The position numbers and the translations under genes were made by a program. DNA of 64,000 nt from Blastocladiella emersonii ATCC 22665 (Eukaryota > Fungi > Blastocladiomycota): NCBI GenBank assembly GCA_025594325.1, contig JANHCV010000005.1, forward strand, positions 806,001 to 870,000, in the 5' to 3' direction. Shown here piece by piece: positions 1 through 11,824 of this stretch. Position 1 is the stretch's first letter; each line of letters starts with the position of its first letter. A model generated the notes under the pieces. It did no database searches. It was not told the origin of the DNA and worked only from the letters and a program-made list of their open reading frames with translations.

Positions 1-342
1 GGGGTTCATTGATATGCATGTGCTTTACCATTGTGACAGGCGTGTAGAGTTGAGAGGGTTGGAGGAGAGAGAAGGAGAGGCGGAGGGAGGAGGGGCGCGG
101 CGGGTTTTGACCGTGGACGCGATGGCGACACGGCGATACGCCACACGACACGACATCGACGCGTCAGCACCGACCCGCCGCTGACTGAGCCACCACCCGC
201 ACGTTCGAGAAGAAACGACCGTTCACATCAATGACGACTCGAATGACAAAAGGAAGACGGGAGCACAAAACGACAGGGTAGGTAGGTAGCGCGAAAAAGG
301 CGGGGGCGAGGAGAGGCAATGAAGCAGCGACGATCGAAAAAC

Positions 343-1269
343 TTACTCGTCTCCGCCCTTCCAGTCCTTGGAGATCTTGAAGGACCAGTCCCACTCGAGG
401 TGGACCTGGTTGTCGTCGTCGACAAACTTGCTGCGCACCTCGTACAGGCCACGCGCGAGCATGCCCGACGGCGCCTCCTCGGCGTGGAACTTCTTTTCGT
501 AGATCTCGGCGTTCGGGCCGTACGAGCCCAGCATTTCCTCGACGCGGTCGACTACACGCGTGGCGTGGGTTAGGGTCGGGATGCGGGGAGGAGAGGGAGT
601 GGTGGAGGTGGGGCGTACCGCGGATGCCCTTGCGCTTGACAACGTGCAGGTACTTGAGGCCCGACACGACGTCGTGCTGGATGCTACACGTTTGCGCGCG
701 TCAGCGGTTCGATTGACGCGCGGTGGGACGAGAGCGGCGTACCGGAAGCGGATCTTGAGGCGGTACTCGGTGCCCTCCTTGATGCTCACGACCGTCTTGC
801 GGACGGCCTCGACGTTGTCTACAAGTCGCGCGAAGATCAGATGCTGCGCGATGAGATTCACACGCGGTGACGACGAACCGGCAGTCGAGAGATCGAGCAC
901 GACATCGTCGCGGTCCTTGACCTCCATGGCGAGGGCCAGGACAACGACCTTGCGGGGGTCGTCCGAGGGGTTCACTAGACAGCACACGCGCGTCAGGCAG
1001 GTCGCGGGAGCGATCGACGTGTCCGCATCGACTGCGTACCGGCCTTGGAAGCTACACACGGCGAACGGCGTGAGTCTCCATCGCATGAGGCGGATCGGCT
1101 CCCACGAAGTCGTACCGCCAATGCCGAGACTCTCCTTCCACTTGCGCAGCGACTCGTCCTCCTGGTCGAGCTGGGCGAGCTCCTCGACCGTCTTCTTGGC
1201 GGGCGCCTTGTACCCGGCGGTCTGCGTGGGCGCGAGCTCGTCCGTGGACGTGACAGCGTTATCGGCCAT
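343..1269 (-). CDS. RDI1: Rho GDP-dissociation inhibitor (multi-exon)
   Basis: RhoGDI motifs: YKAPAKKTVEELAQLDQEDESLRKWKESL, IKEGTEYRLKIRF, GLKYLHVVKRKGIR (in another frame, so a separate exon), EEMLGSYGP, EEAPSGMLARG, HLEWDWSFKISKDW. Several short GT-AG introns. Confidence 0.95.
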   Translation of the reverse strand: MADNAVTSTDELAPTQTAGYKAPAKKTVEELAQLDQEDESLRKWKESLGIGGTTSWEPIRLMRWRLTPFAVCSFQGRYAVDADTSIAPATCLTRVCCLVNPSDDPRKVVVLALAMEVKDRDDVVLDLSTAGSSSPRVNLIAQHLIFARLVDNVEAVRKTVVSIKEGTEYRLKIRFRYAALVPPRVNRTADARKRVASSTTSCRASSTCTLSSARASAVRPTSTTPSPPRIPTLTHATRVVDRVEEMLGSYGPNAEIYEKKFHAEEAPSGMLARGLYEVRSKFVDDDNQVHLEWDWSFKISKDWKGGDE

Positions 1270-1816
1270 GATGATGGAGTTGTGGTGGGTGGTTGTAGCG
1301 GTCTTCTACTCGTGCGCAAGGCGAGCAGCGAGCCGTGGTGGTGGTGAGTGCCGATCCCTTGCGAGCTGGCGGGCACTGCGCGCGCGGCGCGTGCGAGTCC
1401 TCGCGGCCGCGGCCCTGGACCACGAGTGGGCGATCGCGCCGTCGCCGACAAGTAGAATGCATGGAAAGGAGGCGTCTGTACCTCGCGCCGGTCGAGGGTA
1501 GCAGGTCGGCGGCGGCGGGGAGGGAGAGAGGGGGCGGCGGCGCGAAGCGAACGGTGGCGGGGCCGTTCCGTTCCGCTCTCCGGCGAGCAACGCGCTGCTC
1601 GCGCCGCACGAGCGCGCCACTCATTTCAGTCACCTGAGGCACCCGCCACACGCATCGCTGCGGCTTCTGAACCGCGTCAACCGCGACCGCGACCTGCTTC
1701 CCTTGGTCGCTGGCCGTTCTCGCTCTCCCGCCCTCCTCATCGCTCCAAACTGCAACGCATCGCACCAAGCCGGACTTGCTGCACATTTATCCATCCTCCC
1801 ACGCAACAACAACAAC

Positions 1817-3366
1817 ATGGGTCTCGTTCTCTCCACGGGGCTCTCCGTGGGCTCCATGCTCGCCACGCAGGCCGCGTGCTGCTTCTCGAGCGGTGCGTCT
1901 TTGCGGCGTAAGCTCCATGGCATCGCGCACTCATCCCCATCCCTCTAGCGGCGTGCCGGTGCATCGGCAGCATCAACTGCGCGTCCTCGACGGCGACGCG
2001 CGCGGCGTACTCGTTCCTGTTCCTGGTGAACGCGGTCATTTCGTGGATCATGCTATCCGATTTCGTGGGCAAGAAGCTCGCGAGCATCACGCACGGGTAC
2101 CTCGAGCTCAACTGCACCGAGTGCTACGGGGTGCTCGCGGTACAGCGCGTGTGTTTCACGCTGACGCTGTTCCACAGCGTCATGGCCGCGCTGCTCGTCG
2201 GCGTCGAGACGTCGCGCGACCGCCGCGCCGGGTGGCAGAACGGGTTCTGGGGGCCCAAGCTGATCCTGTGGCTCGGCGTCGCCGTGGCGTGCTTTTTCGT
2301 GCCGAACGAGTTCTTCATCGGGTACAGCAACTACGTCGCTCTGATCGGCGCGGGCGCCTTTGTTCTGCTGCAGCTCATGCTCCTCATCGACTTTGCGCAC
2401 ACGTTCTCGGAGCGGCTCATCATCAACTACGAGGAGACCGAGTCCAAGGCGTCCATGGTCACCCTCATCGGCGTGACGGTCGGCCTGCTCGTGCTGGGCG
2501 TAACCGCCACGGGCGTCATGTACGGCTTCTTTGCCGGCGACGGGTGCTCGCTCAACCAGTTCTTCATCACCTTCAACCTGATCCTGTGCCTGATCGCGTG
2601 CATCCTGTCGGTCACGCCGCAGATCCAGGAGCAGAACCCGCGGTCCGGGCTCACGCAGGTCTCGATCGTCGTCGCCTACGCGTCGTACCTCGTCATGTCG
2701 GCCGTCGCCAACGAGCCCGCCGACGCGGGCACCTGCAACCCGCTCCTCGCCGCGCGCGGGTCGCAGACCGCCACGGTCGTGGTCGGCGCCCTGTTCACGT
2801 TCCTCGCGATCCTGTACTCGACGTCCACGGCCGCGGTCCAGGGCCGCCGCATCCTCGGGCACGACGTCGACCGCGACGCCGAGGAGGCCAGCGTCCCGCT
2901 CCTCCAGGCGCAGCAGCCCGATGCCGCCGCCGTTATTGCGGATGTCGACCCGGCGCTCCAGGCGGCCGTTGCCAGCGGCGCGCTGCCCGCGTCGGCGCTC
3001 CTCAACGCGACGCGGACGACTTCCACCAACGCGGGCGGGAACACGACGACCAACGTGGTGATCGTCCGCGCGGGCCCGAACGACGAGTACCCGACCGAGG
3101 ACGAGGCGCACGGGGTCGCGTACAGCTACGCCTTCTTCCACGTGGTGTTTGCGCTGGCCGCCATGTACCTCGCGATGCTGCTGACCAACTGGAACGCGGT
3201 GACGATCGTGGGCCGCGCGCCCGCCGGCGACGACGGGTTGTTGGTTGAGGTCGGCAAGTCCTGGGCCGCGGTCTGGGTCAAGATCGTGTCGTCGTGGCTC
3301 GTCATTGCCCTGTACGGGTGGACGCTGCTCGGGCCCGTGGTGCTCACGGATCGCGACTGGAACTGA
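1817..3366 (+). CDS. TMS1: Serinc/TMS1-family membrane protein (serine incorporator)
   Basis: ATG 1817; intron 1893-1948 restores the frame into the 2026..3366 ORF. Motifs: CSSTATR-like N-terminus, QNGFWGPK, QLMLLIDFAH, NPRSGLTQ, YSYAFFHVVFALAAMYLAMLLTNW, WVKIVSSW, WTLLGPVVLTDRDW. Confidence 0.95.
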
Positions 3367-3456
3367 TTTGGGGGAGGGGATGGAATCAAAGCGTGTGCGT
3401 GCTTTATGACTATTCACAAGGGGGGGGGGGGGGAGGGGGGCGGGCTGAGGACAAAA

Positions 3457-3984
3457 TCAGGCCTTGTTGTACTCGTCGAGCTCGGGCATCTTGAGAATCT
3501 TGCGCCCGTGGTTCTTGGCCACCTCCTGGATCATGCCCAAAATCTCGCGGTTGATATGCTCGGGCACATTGGTCTTCTTGAACGTGGCCCAGTAGTAGAT
3601 ATCCCAGTCGTTCTCCGTCAGCAGCGCGTCGTACGCCTCGAGCTGCGGCCGCGACAGCGTCGCCAGGTGGTTGGCCGCAAACGTCGACAGAATCAGGTCG
3701 CACTCGAGGATCCCGCGCTTGCGCGACTGCCACAGCAGACGGCTGCGCTTGGCCTCGGTCGCCTCGTCGGCGCGCACCACGGGACGGAACACCGGCGGCT
3801 CGTATTCCGCATCGGTCGGCGGGTGCAGGTCCCACGGGTCCGTCACCGCGGGCGTCTCCTTGGGCGGCGGCGGCGGCGTCTGGTTGGCGGTCGCGAAGCC
3901 GCGGACGAGGGCCGGGCGCGCGAGGCGGAGCGGCGCGGACATGCGCGCGGCGGCACAGGTCGTGGCGCGGAACAGGAGTGACAT
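3457..3984 (-). CDS. SDH5: Succinate dehydrogenase assembly factor 2 (Sdh5/SDHAF2), mitochondrial
   Basis: Arg/Ala-rich presequence; RLLWQSRKRGILECDLILSTFA and YDALLTENDWDIYYWAT are Sdh5 family signatures. Confidence 0.93.
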   Translation of the reverse strand: MSLLFRATTCAAARMSAPLRLARPALVRGFATANQTPPPPPKETPAVTDPWDLHPPTDAEYEPPVFRPVVRADEATEAKRSRLLWQSRKRGILECDLILSTFAANHLATLSRPQLEAYDALLTENDWDIYYWATFKKTNVPEHINREILGMIQEVAKNHGRKILKMPELDEYNKA

Positions 3985-4812
3985 GGTGTTGATTGCGTCG
4001 TGTATACAAGTAGAGCAAGGAGGCGTTGTTGCGTGCAGTGTTCCGTTGCAAGGGGGTCGGCGGGCTCTTGAGGTCGGAGCGGAGACGCGTGCACGGCCGA
4101 TGGACGCGGCGACTGATCTCTCCCCGAAACACCGTCACATGCACCGCCACGTGCCGTCTCGCACCCCGCTGCGAGACACTCGTGCGTGCGTGCGAGCGGC
4201 CGCGCGCGCGACGCGAGACGTTTCGGGTCGCGCTGCGTCCTTCTCGAAGCTGGCCGAAGGGGACATGTATCTTGGACTCGCCCATGTCTCCGACCAGAGA
4301 GGAGGACCCGCGAGACGCGTCGCGTCGCGTCGCGTCGTCCCTGCCCGCCCGCCACTCGAGGAGGCGGAGAGCCTCGGGGGTCGTGTCGTGTTGCCTCGAG
4401 CGCCACCGTTCGCCAAGATATGTGTGCTCGAGCTCGCTCGCCCGCGCGCCGACTCAAAATTAAAAGCGTGTGAGCTGTCCCTGGTGACGCGAGCGCCTAG
4501 AACACTTCCGCGGCAAGCCACCGCGCGCGCCGACCCCTCCTCCCCCTCACATCCGCTCCCCTCTCCCTCCCCTCTCTCCCTTGCGCCCAACGCAACTCGG
4601 TGCAACCGCCCTCCCACTCCCTGCCCGCGCACCACGGGCACCCACGACTCTCACGCACCGACGCTGAGGTGTGCTGCAGCCCGCGCGTCGCTGCCGCCGC
4701 TGCTCCCGTTTTTTGACTCGCGCGCCCACTCGCTCGCCTCGCTCGACTTGCACCAACTCGCATCATCACCAAACCATACATTAATATTGCACCCTCAGTT
4801 GCCGCCGCAGTC

Positions 4813-7314
4813 ATGGTCGAGTTCACGTTCACGCCCAACGCTGTGCCGGGTACTCGCCGCCGTCCCATCGCGGCACCGCGCGCCCACTGACGCACTCGCC
4901 GTCGTGTAGTCATCACGACCATCATGGGCCTGTTCCTCGTCCTCTTCGGCCTGTCGTCGGCTGTCGTCAAGGAGCGCCTGTACCTGTCCGAGGCCGTGCT
5001 GACCACACTCATCGGGTCGCTCGTCGGACCGCACGTCCTCGCGCTCTTCGTCCCGCAGGCGTGGCCCGACCTCAACTCGATTCTTCTCGAGACCTCGCGC
5101 CTCGTCATCGCCATGCAGATCATGGCCGCCGTCGTGTGCCTGCCCGTCCAGTACTACAAGATCCACTGGAAGTCCATTGCCGTCCTGCTCGTCCCCGTCA
5201 TGACGGCCTCCTGGCTCGTCTCGGCGGGCATCGTGTACTGGCTGCTGCCCGTCACGCCGGTACGTTTTGGGGGTGGTTCTGGAAGCGAGCGGCGTCGGAC
5301 GCTAATTTGGTCCCTCGGTGATCCCGTGTAGCTCCTCGCTCTGGCTATCGGCGGAACGGTACGGCCCCTCCCTGGCCACGCGGGCATCTACGTCCTCGAG
5401 ACTGATCGCTTGCTTTCCGTGTGTAGCTCGCGCCAACCGATCCTGTACGCCCGTGTCGTGCTCGATACGCGACGAGACTGTGTGAGCTGACGCGCCACTT
5501 CCGTCCTCGGACTAGATTCTCGCCAACTCAATCGTCAAGGGCCGCTTCGCCGACCGCCACGTCCCGCGCCATGTCCGCCACCTGCTGTCCGGCGAGAGGT
5601 ACCTTCGCGCCCTTGCTTCGCGCACCCATCGCACTGCTCACCCTCCTTCCCCCGGGCCAGTGCGTGTAACGACTCGACGGCCGCCCTCTTCATCCAACTG
5701 CCGCTGCTCCTCATCAAGTACAATAGCGACGCCGGCCACGTCACCTTCGACTTCTTCATCTGGGTCGTCCTCTACGAGATGATCGTCGGCGCCGTCTACG
5801 GCGTCATCATCGGCTACGCCGCTCGCCGCGCGCTCAAGTACGCAGAGGAACACGATCTCATCGACCAGGAGAACTTCCTCTCGTTTGCGATCGCGCTCTC
5901 GGTACGCTGGCTTGCACCGCGATGGGGATTGTGCGGCGGCTGACGTGGGATTGTGTGTAGATCTTCATCGACGGCTCGTCGCTGCTGCTCCACCTCAACG
6001 ACTTTGTCGCCGTCCTCACCGGCGCCATCGCGTTCAGCTGGGACGGCTCGTTCTACGAGGTCACCAAGACCAGCCAGATCCAGGAGGTGCTCGACAACCT
6101 GTACGTTTCTCGCGCGGTGGCACGCACACGCAATCCTCCCCGTGCTCACCACCACCCTCGCTCCCCGCGTGCGTGTGTGTAGTGCCAACGCGTGGTTCTT
6201 CGTGTTCAACGGCGCCATCATCCCGTGGCCGCAGATCTTCAACGGGTCCATTGCCTTCTGGCGCTATGTCGTGACCGCGCTCCTAATCCTGATCCTGCGC
6301 CGCATTCCCGTCACGGCCGTGTGCTACAAGGTGCTCCCCTCGCTGACCAACATCAAGGAAGCCATGTTCGTCGGCCACTTCGGCCCCATCGCCGCGGGCG
6401 CCATCTACTACATGGCCTTCGTCCGCAACGCCCTCAACAAGAACTCGCCGCCCATCCCGGACGTCCCCGACTCGCTCCTGTACCCGGAACTCGAACCCAT
6501 CGTCTCCTTCATGGTCGTCGCCTCGATCCTCGTCCACGGGTGCACCGTGCCCATGTTCAAGCTCGGCACCGTCGCCGTCCGCACCCTCTCCGCGGGGTCC
6601 TCGCTCGGCCGCCGGTCGCGCTCCATTGGCCGCGCGTCGACCACGCCCCGCGCGCCTCTCTCGGGCGTCTTCTCCGTCTCGGCACCCATCAACGCTCGCC
6701 CGCTGTACGGACCAGGCACCGTCCTCGCCGCCAACGCCGACTCGCTCGGCAGCGCCGCCGGCGCCGCGCTGCTCCAGGAGGCCGGCATGGCGGCGGGCCC
6801 GTCGGCGGGGAGCCGAGGCGTGTCGGCCGACCTACTCCGCAAGTCCATGGTCGGCAGCAACTACGGTGGCGCCGACACGGACGGCGGCGACGAGTTTGCC
6901 GACGACGTCGCCGGCGGGTTCCCCGTCACGGCGACGAGCAAGTTCCACGTCGTGAGTCCAACAACAGGGACCGGCGGCGGCGGCTTCGGCGGTGGAGGGC
7001 CAGGCGCACCGATCCCGTTCACGCAGCGCGAGACGACCATCGAGATCCGCCTCAACGCGTCGGTCCCGCCACGCGCCGGGTCGCCCGCCATCCCGCTCGT
7101 CAGCACGTCGGTGACGCAGCCGCTCCAGCTCGTCCCGCTGCAGCCGATCCAGCTCACGCGGCCAAGTGTTGTTGAAGAGGATGAGATTGTGCCCGCGCCA
7201 GCGGTCCTCGAGACCGGGTACCCGCTGAGCGCCGCCGACAGCCAGGAGACGGTCACGGAAGAGCCGAGTGCCGCGGGTGGTGTTGCGGAGAAGAAGCCGC
7301 CATCTCCGCTGTGA
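4813..7314 (+). CDS. NHA1: Fungal CPA1 Na+/H+ antiporter (Nha1/Sod2 family), multi-exon, with disordered C-terminal tail
   Basis: VKERLYLSEA, LLVPVMTASWL, TDP...ANSIVKGRFADRHVP, ESACND, F+WDG, LILRRIP, EAMFVGHFGPIAAGAIYY, SILVHG motifs spread over several exons. The ATG at 4813 is inferred from a small first exon. Confidence 0.88.
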
Positions 7315-7656
7315 GCATTATACATTTGATACGACGTGACCTTGATCCGATGCATGATCCGGACTCCCGACCGCGTCCATGGTTCGGTGCAACGCATTGA
7401 CCACGCGACGGACACAAGCCGTGGTCAACGTCTCGTCGGCTTATGAACGCAATGCGCCGCGGTGGTCGCCTCATGAACTGAGAGGTCAGGGCTGGTGGCC
7501 ACGCCACCCCGGGGCCAAGACCCTGACGCCGAAGCGAGTATTTCTGGGGCCCGCGATGGCGACGACGAGCCAGTATAAAGACTTCGAACGCCCCCGTGCG
7601 GGCCGAAAGCAAGTCCTGAAATCCCTTCATAACGCATGAACTAGACGTTAGCAACG

Positions 7657-8789
7657 ATGGCATCGACCCGCGCCCTTGTTCTCTTGACACTTGTCGCCGC
7701 CGCCCTGCTCGGCCAGGCGCACGCGTGGTCCGCGTTCGGTACGCCCATCGCAGTGCTGCGCCACCAAGCGCGCATTCACCGACACGACACCTCCCCGCAC
7801 GTGTAGGCCACTCGGCGGTCGCGTCCATCGCCAACACGTTCCTGTGCAAGCGCACGCAGGCGCGAATCACAGCGCTGCTGGCCGCGACCAACGACACGTC
7901 GCTCGCGCAGGTCGCGCCGTGGGCCGACGTGATTCGCCGCGAGCGGCCCGAGACGGGCAAGCTCCACTTCATTCCCAAGTACGTTATCCCTCCCGGCCCG
8001 CGCGACTCGTGACGCGGATGCTGACTCTCCCCGCGAAACAGCCAGGACACGCCGCACGAGGGCAAGTGCGCCTTCGACGTGGTCAAGGACTGCCCCGACC
8101 AGGCGTGCGTGTACGGCGCGATCGCGACCAACGTGGCGACGATCCGCAACGCGACGGCGACGCCCGTGCAGCGCAGCGAGGCGACCAAGTTCCTCGTCCA
8201 CTTTGTCGGCGACCTGCACCAGCCGCTGCACGCGACCTCGTTCCTCCTCGGCGGGAACACGCTCAACGTGACCTTCGGCGTCAACGCCACCACGCAGGCC
8301 GCCATCAAGACCAACCTGCACTCGGCGTGGGACTTTTCGATCCCGAACAAGACCGTCACCACGCTGCACGGCGGGTCGTACGATACCTGGATCTCCTCGC
8401 TCGTCGACCGCATCCACGGCGAGTGGCGCGCCGAGGCCCGCGGGTGGACCAAGTGCACCGAGCGCCTCCCGCGCAGTATGGCGCACCTGTGTCCCGTCGA
8501 GTGGTCGCGCGAGTCGAACGCCCTCAACTGCGCCGTCGTCTTCAAGGCCGCAGACTTCAACGCGACTATTGACGCCGCCAAGCAGAACGCGACCGCGGCA
8601 AACCTCGTTGATGTCAGTAACGAGTACTGGGAGGCGACCCGCGACACTGTTGACAAGCAGATCGCCCGCGCGGGCGTCCGGCTCGCCGCCGCGCTCGAGA
8701 CCGTGTTCACGCCCGTCCGCGGCGCGCCGCGCGAGTCGGTCGATGGCGGTGAGGCTGCGGCAGTGGACCCGGTTGGTGACCAGATTTAG
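7657..8789 (+). CDS. Secreted S1/P1 nuclease
   Basis: Signal peptide followed by W-S-A-F-G/H at the mature N-terminus; WADVIR, LHF, KFLVHFVGDLHQPLH, GGN, NLHSAWD, QIARAGVRLAAALE. Two introns. Confidence 0.92.
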
Positions 8790-9080
8790 GGTGGGCTGCG
8801 GGAGACTTGTGAATAGACTTGATGCACATTGATTCAACGTAGAAAGTATAGTAATTTGAGCTCCAAGATGAAGCGACGCTTCCAGGTCTGGTCTGGAGGA
8901 TGAGGACGCGCTGCGCCACTCACGTGTAGCACAGTAACGCGAACAGTAAGGTCTGTAAGCCGACTTTGACGGCGATCTGCTGGGTCAACGTAACGTTCTT
9001 TTACTGTTCGTCTCTATATGTGCTTGCCACGACGACGGGTGAGCCTTCTGCTCCAGCATCTCCACTAGTTTTCTGACAAG

Positions 9081-10073
9081 ATGATGACCAGCACCTACAA
9101 TGACAACAATCCCGCCAAGCGCCCGGTCACTGGCGCCTTCGCGCAACCGTCCATCGCAGAGACGCCAGCTCGCGCCATTCCGGGACCTGTCGGGGGCTCC
9201 TTCTCGCCCGTCGCTTCCTGCGCGGACGTCGAGGCGTGGGCTCGCGCGAACTTCCCAGTCGCGCCCGACAAGATCAAGCAGCTGTACCTGTCCTGGGAGT
9301 CGTTGCCGTGGACTGAAGCAGGTGGTTTCAAGCTCTCCTTCCCGAGCTACCTGGCGACGCTCGGCGATATCGCTGGGTACCACACGGCACTCGAGCAGGT
9401 CGCCATCTCCGACCCCACCGTGACCGCGGTCCGCGAGTCCATCATGCAGTGGGCGAATCTCTCCGCTCCCGGTGGCGCGAGCAACAAGTTCAACTCGATT
9501 CACGGCAACGTCGAGGTCACGTACTTCGAGTACCACGCCCTCGTCGCTGCGCTTTCCCTCGATCAGCCAACCATCAACCTGCTGCTCGAAAACGAGGTGT
9601 TCGGCGTCTCGCATGCTCGTCTCAACGAGCTGACACTTGGCTTGCAGCTGCAGCGGCAGCTCGTTGACTCATGGAGCAACTCGGACCTCGCGCCGTGGGA
9701 CATGGCCAACGCCATCGAGTGGTTCGATACCGCGTACGGCATCCACCTCGATTCCACGCTCTACCCAAGCTTCGCCGGCGCGCTCGCCACGAGACCAGCA
9801 CTCGCGGACCGGTTCCTCTTGCTCTTCAACTGGTTCGATCGTCCCGCGCTCAAGAGCGGGAGCGCCAGGCCCGCCGAAGTGGCGTGTGGGCTGCACCACA
9901 CGCTGTGCGCCTTCGCGCGAGCGGAGCTCCCCGCGCCGATCCAGCATTGCGTCAACGCTGGCGTCGTCACCAAGGAGCACTTGTTGATTCTTATTTCCGA
10001 ACTGCCAAAAGCGTCGCGACTTTTGGCGAGCTTCTTGGCGATGCTGGAGGCGATGCCTCGGAGTACCGAGTGA
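9081..10073 (+). CDS. Unknown family, copy A (lacks the F-box-like N-terminus)
   Basis: 330-aa ORF sharing VTYFEYHALVAA..LD..T..LLL.N..FGV, APWD and F....RF.LL..WFD motifs with the three downstream copies. Confidence 0.75.
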   Translation: MMTSTYNDNNPAKRPVTGAFAQPSIAETPARAIPGPVGGSFSPVASCADVEAWARANFPVAPDKIKQLYLSWESLPWTEAGGFKLSFPSYLATLGDIAGYHTALEQVAISDPTVTAVRESIMQWANLSAPGGASNKFNSIHGNVEVTYFEYHALVAALSLDQPTINLLLENEVFGVSHARLNELTLGLQLQRQLVDSWSNSDLAPWDMANAIEWFDTAYGIHLDSTLYPSFAGALATRPALADRFLLLFNWFDRPALKSGSARPAEVACGLHHTLCAFARAELPAPIQHCVNAGVVTKEHLLILISELPKASRLLASFLAMLEAMPRSTE

Positions 10074-10332
10074 GATAACGTAGTGCCCTTGTACATAAAT
10101 GCACATTCTTGCCCGTTTGAAACTATTGGGCGGTGAAACAAGTGCACGATGATCGGGGAAGTGTGGAGACGCGTCGCGCCACACACGTGGTCTTGGCGAA
10201 ACGGAGCCGCGTGAGTGACGCGGACGCGATGCGCTTTCGTGTTCCCCTGATCCCACGGTCCAAGCAGCCCGCTTACTGTTCTGGTTCGCCTTTCTCCGCT
10301 CAAAAGTGCACACCGCCCCGCGCTGGAACTCT

Positions 10333-11460
10333 ATGCAGAAGTCAGCCCAGCCCATGGAATCGCTTTCACTGTCGCCAAAACTCCTCGAGCGTGTCGCGCT
10401 TCTCGCGCTCCCGCGTCGCGACATCGCGGTGTCATCCAAGGCCTTTGCGACAGCTCTCGCGTCGCCGGCTTGCACTGCGACATGGATTCGCCGCGCCTTT
10501 TCTCGCTGCCACTCTGTCAAGTACATTGAGGGCATCGCGCTCTTCTTCAACCTGTGGGTCGACTTTCTCCACACGCGCTTTTCGCCCTCGCGGCTCCAGC
10601 ACTACGGCCACCACCCGTTCACGGCGCCCGTCATCGACCTACTGTACAAGGTGTGGGCCCCGCTGCGCGAATGCGACATGCGGTTCACCTTTCCCATCTA
10701 CTTTCTCGTGAACGGAGACCGTACGACATTCGAAAACGGACTCGAAGCGCTCGTCAAGCATGATTCGATTGCGATCGCGTGCAGTGAGCCGGTCAGTATC
10801 TGGAGCGGCCTGGTCTACCTCGGCGACAACATGGAGCACTACAAGCTCGCCAAGGCCGGGCTCGACGTGACCTTCTTCGAGTTTCTCGCGCTCGTCGCCG
10901 CTTGCTCGCTCGACCGCACGACGCTCAATACGCTACTCGACGACGACCGGTTCGGCGTGACTCCCGCCCGAATGTACGAGATCAGCATGGACGTGCAGGC
11001 GCAGGGCCGCCTCGCCGAGGCGTGGCGCGACTCAGACGCGGCGCCGTGGGACCTCGTCGACACGCTCGAGTGGTTCGAGGCCGAGTACTACGTCGCACTC
11101 GACCGCGAGCGGTTTCCGACGCTCGCCGGGGCGCTCGCGCCCAAGCACAACCAGGCGGCGCGCTTCTTCATGCTTCTCGAACACTTTGATGTGCCCGCGA
11201 TGGACAAGTCGAGGAAGGAGGCCATGGCCAAGAGTGTCACCCAAGCCCTGTGCAACTATGCGCGCGAGAACCAGCTCGCTCCTATCGAAGCATGCAGCAA
11301 GCTCGGGCTGATCCACAAGTCCTCGTGGCCCGCCATCCTTGACGCCGCGTCGCCGAAGGCTTGTCAAGCGCTTGAGATGATGCGTGAGTGTTCAAGTGTG
11401 CCGTGCGCTTCGGGTCCAACCAAGACGTCAACCGGAACCAAGGGGAAGTTGGCTCTGTAA
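10333..11460 (+). CDS. Unknown family, copy B, with F-box-like N-terminus
   Basis: Intact ORF. N-terminus LSPKLLERVALLALPRRDIAVSSKAF...ATWI; colinear with copies C and D. Confidence 0.75.
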   Translation: MQKSAQPMESLSLSPKLLERVALLALPRRDIAVSSKAFATALASPACTATWIRRAFSRCHSVKYIEGIALFFNLWVDFLHTRFSPSRLQHYGHHPFTAPVIDLLYKVWAPLRECDMRFTFPIYFLVNGDRTTFENGLEALVKHDSIAIACSEPVSIWSGLVYLGDNMEHYKLAKAGLDVTFFEFLALVAACSLDRTTLNTLLDDDRFGVTPARMYEISMDVQAQGRLAEAWRDSDAAPWDLVDTLEWFEAEYYVALDRERFPTLAGALAPKHNQAARFFMLLEHFDVPAMDKSRKEAMAKSVTQALCNYARENQLAPIEACSKLGLIHKSSWPAILDAASPKACQALEMMRECSSVPCASGPTKTSTGTKGKLAL

Positions 11461-11522
11461 TGGTTGAGCTAATTCGGCTATTTGACCACTCAAAATTGCT
11501 CCCACACGGCGCAAGCGCCCTG

Positions 11523-11586
11523 CGTGGCGGGCATTAGCCCTTGATTGAAGACCAAACGCAAAGCGTTTAGGTAGCTCAAGCACAAT
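11523..11586 (+). repeat. Dispersed 64-bp element, homologous to the Helentron-like right end at 53043-53109
   Basis: Manual alignment: 46 of 56 positions identical over 11531-11586, plus a shared CGTGGCGG upstream; hairpin retained. Confidence 0.8.
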
Positions 11587-11824
11587 CATTGTAAATGCCA
11601 TCGTTTCTGCGGGCAATAATCCCTTCCTCGAAGGGACGCATGTGGTGAAGCGGAGACGCGCCGCGCCACCCATGTGATGCTCGCATACCTTGAGGCGCGA
11701 GCATGCAGCGTGCCCGACGCACACGCATGCACACAAGAAAGCACTCGCCAAAAGTGCCGGTCCGCCGCTGTTCTCAAAAGCGTGTTCAAACTGGCTCTCC
11801 TCCTCCTGCAGCACAAGCTATATC

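Noticed and set aside
343-1269. RhoGDI as an intron-less 308-aa ORF, or with all introns in frame
   Set aside because: One conserved exon (GLKYLHVVKRKGIR) lies in a different frame, so the continuous ORF is coincidental.
3419-3445. G-run between TMS1 and SDH5 as a functional G-quadruplex
   Set aside because: It is a simple homopolymer in a 3'/3' intergenic gap with no supporting pattern.
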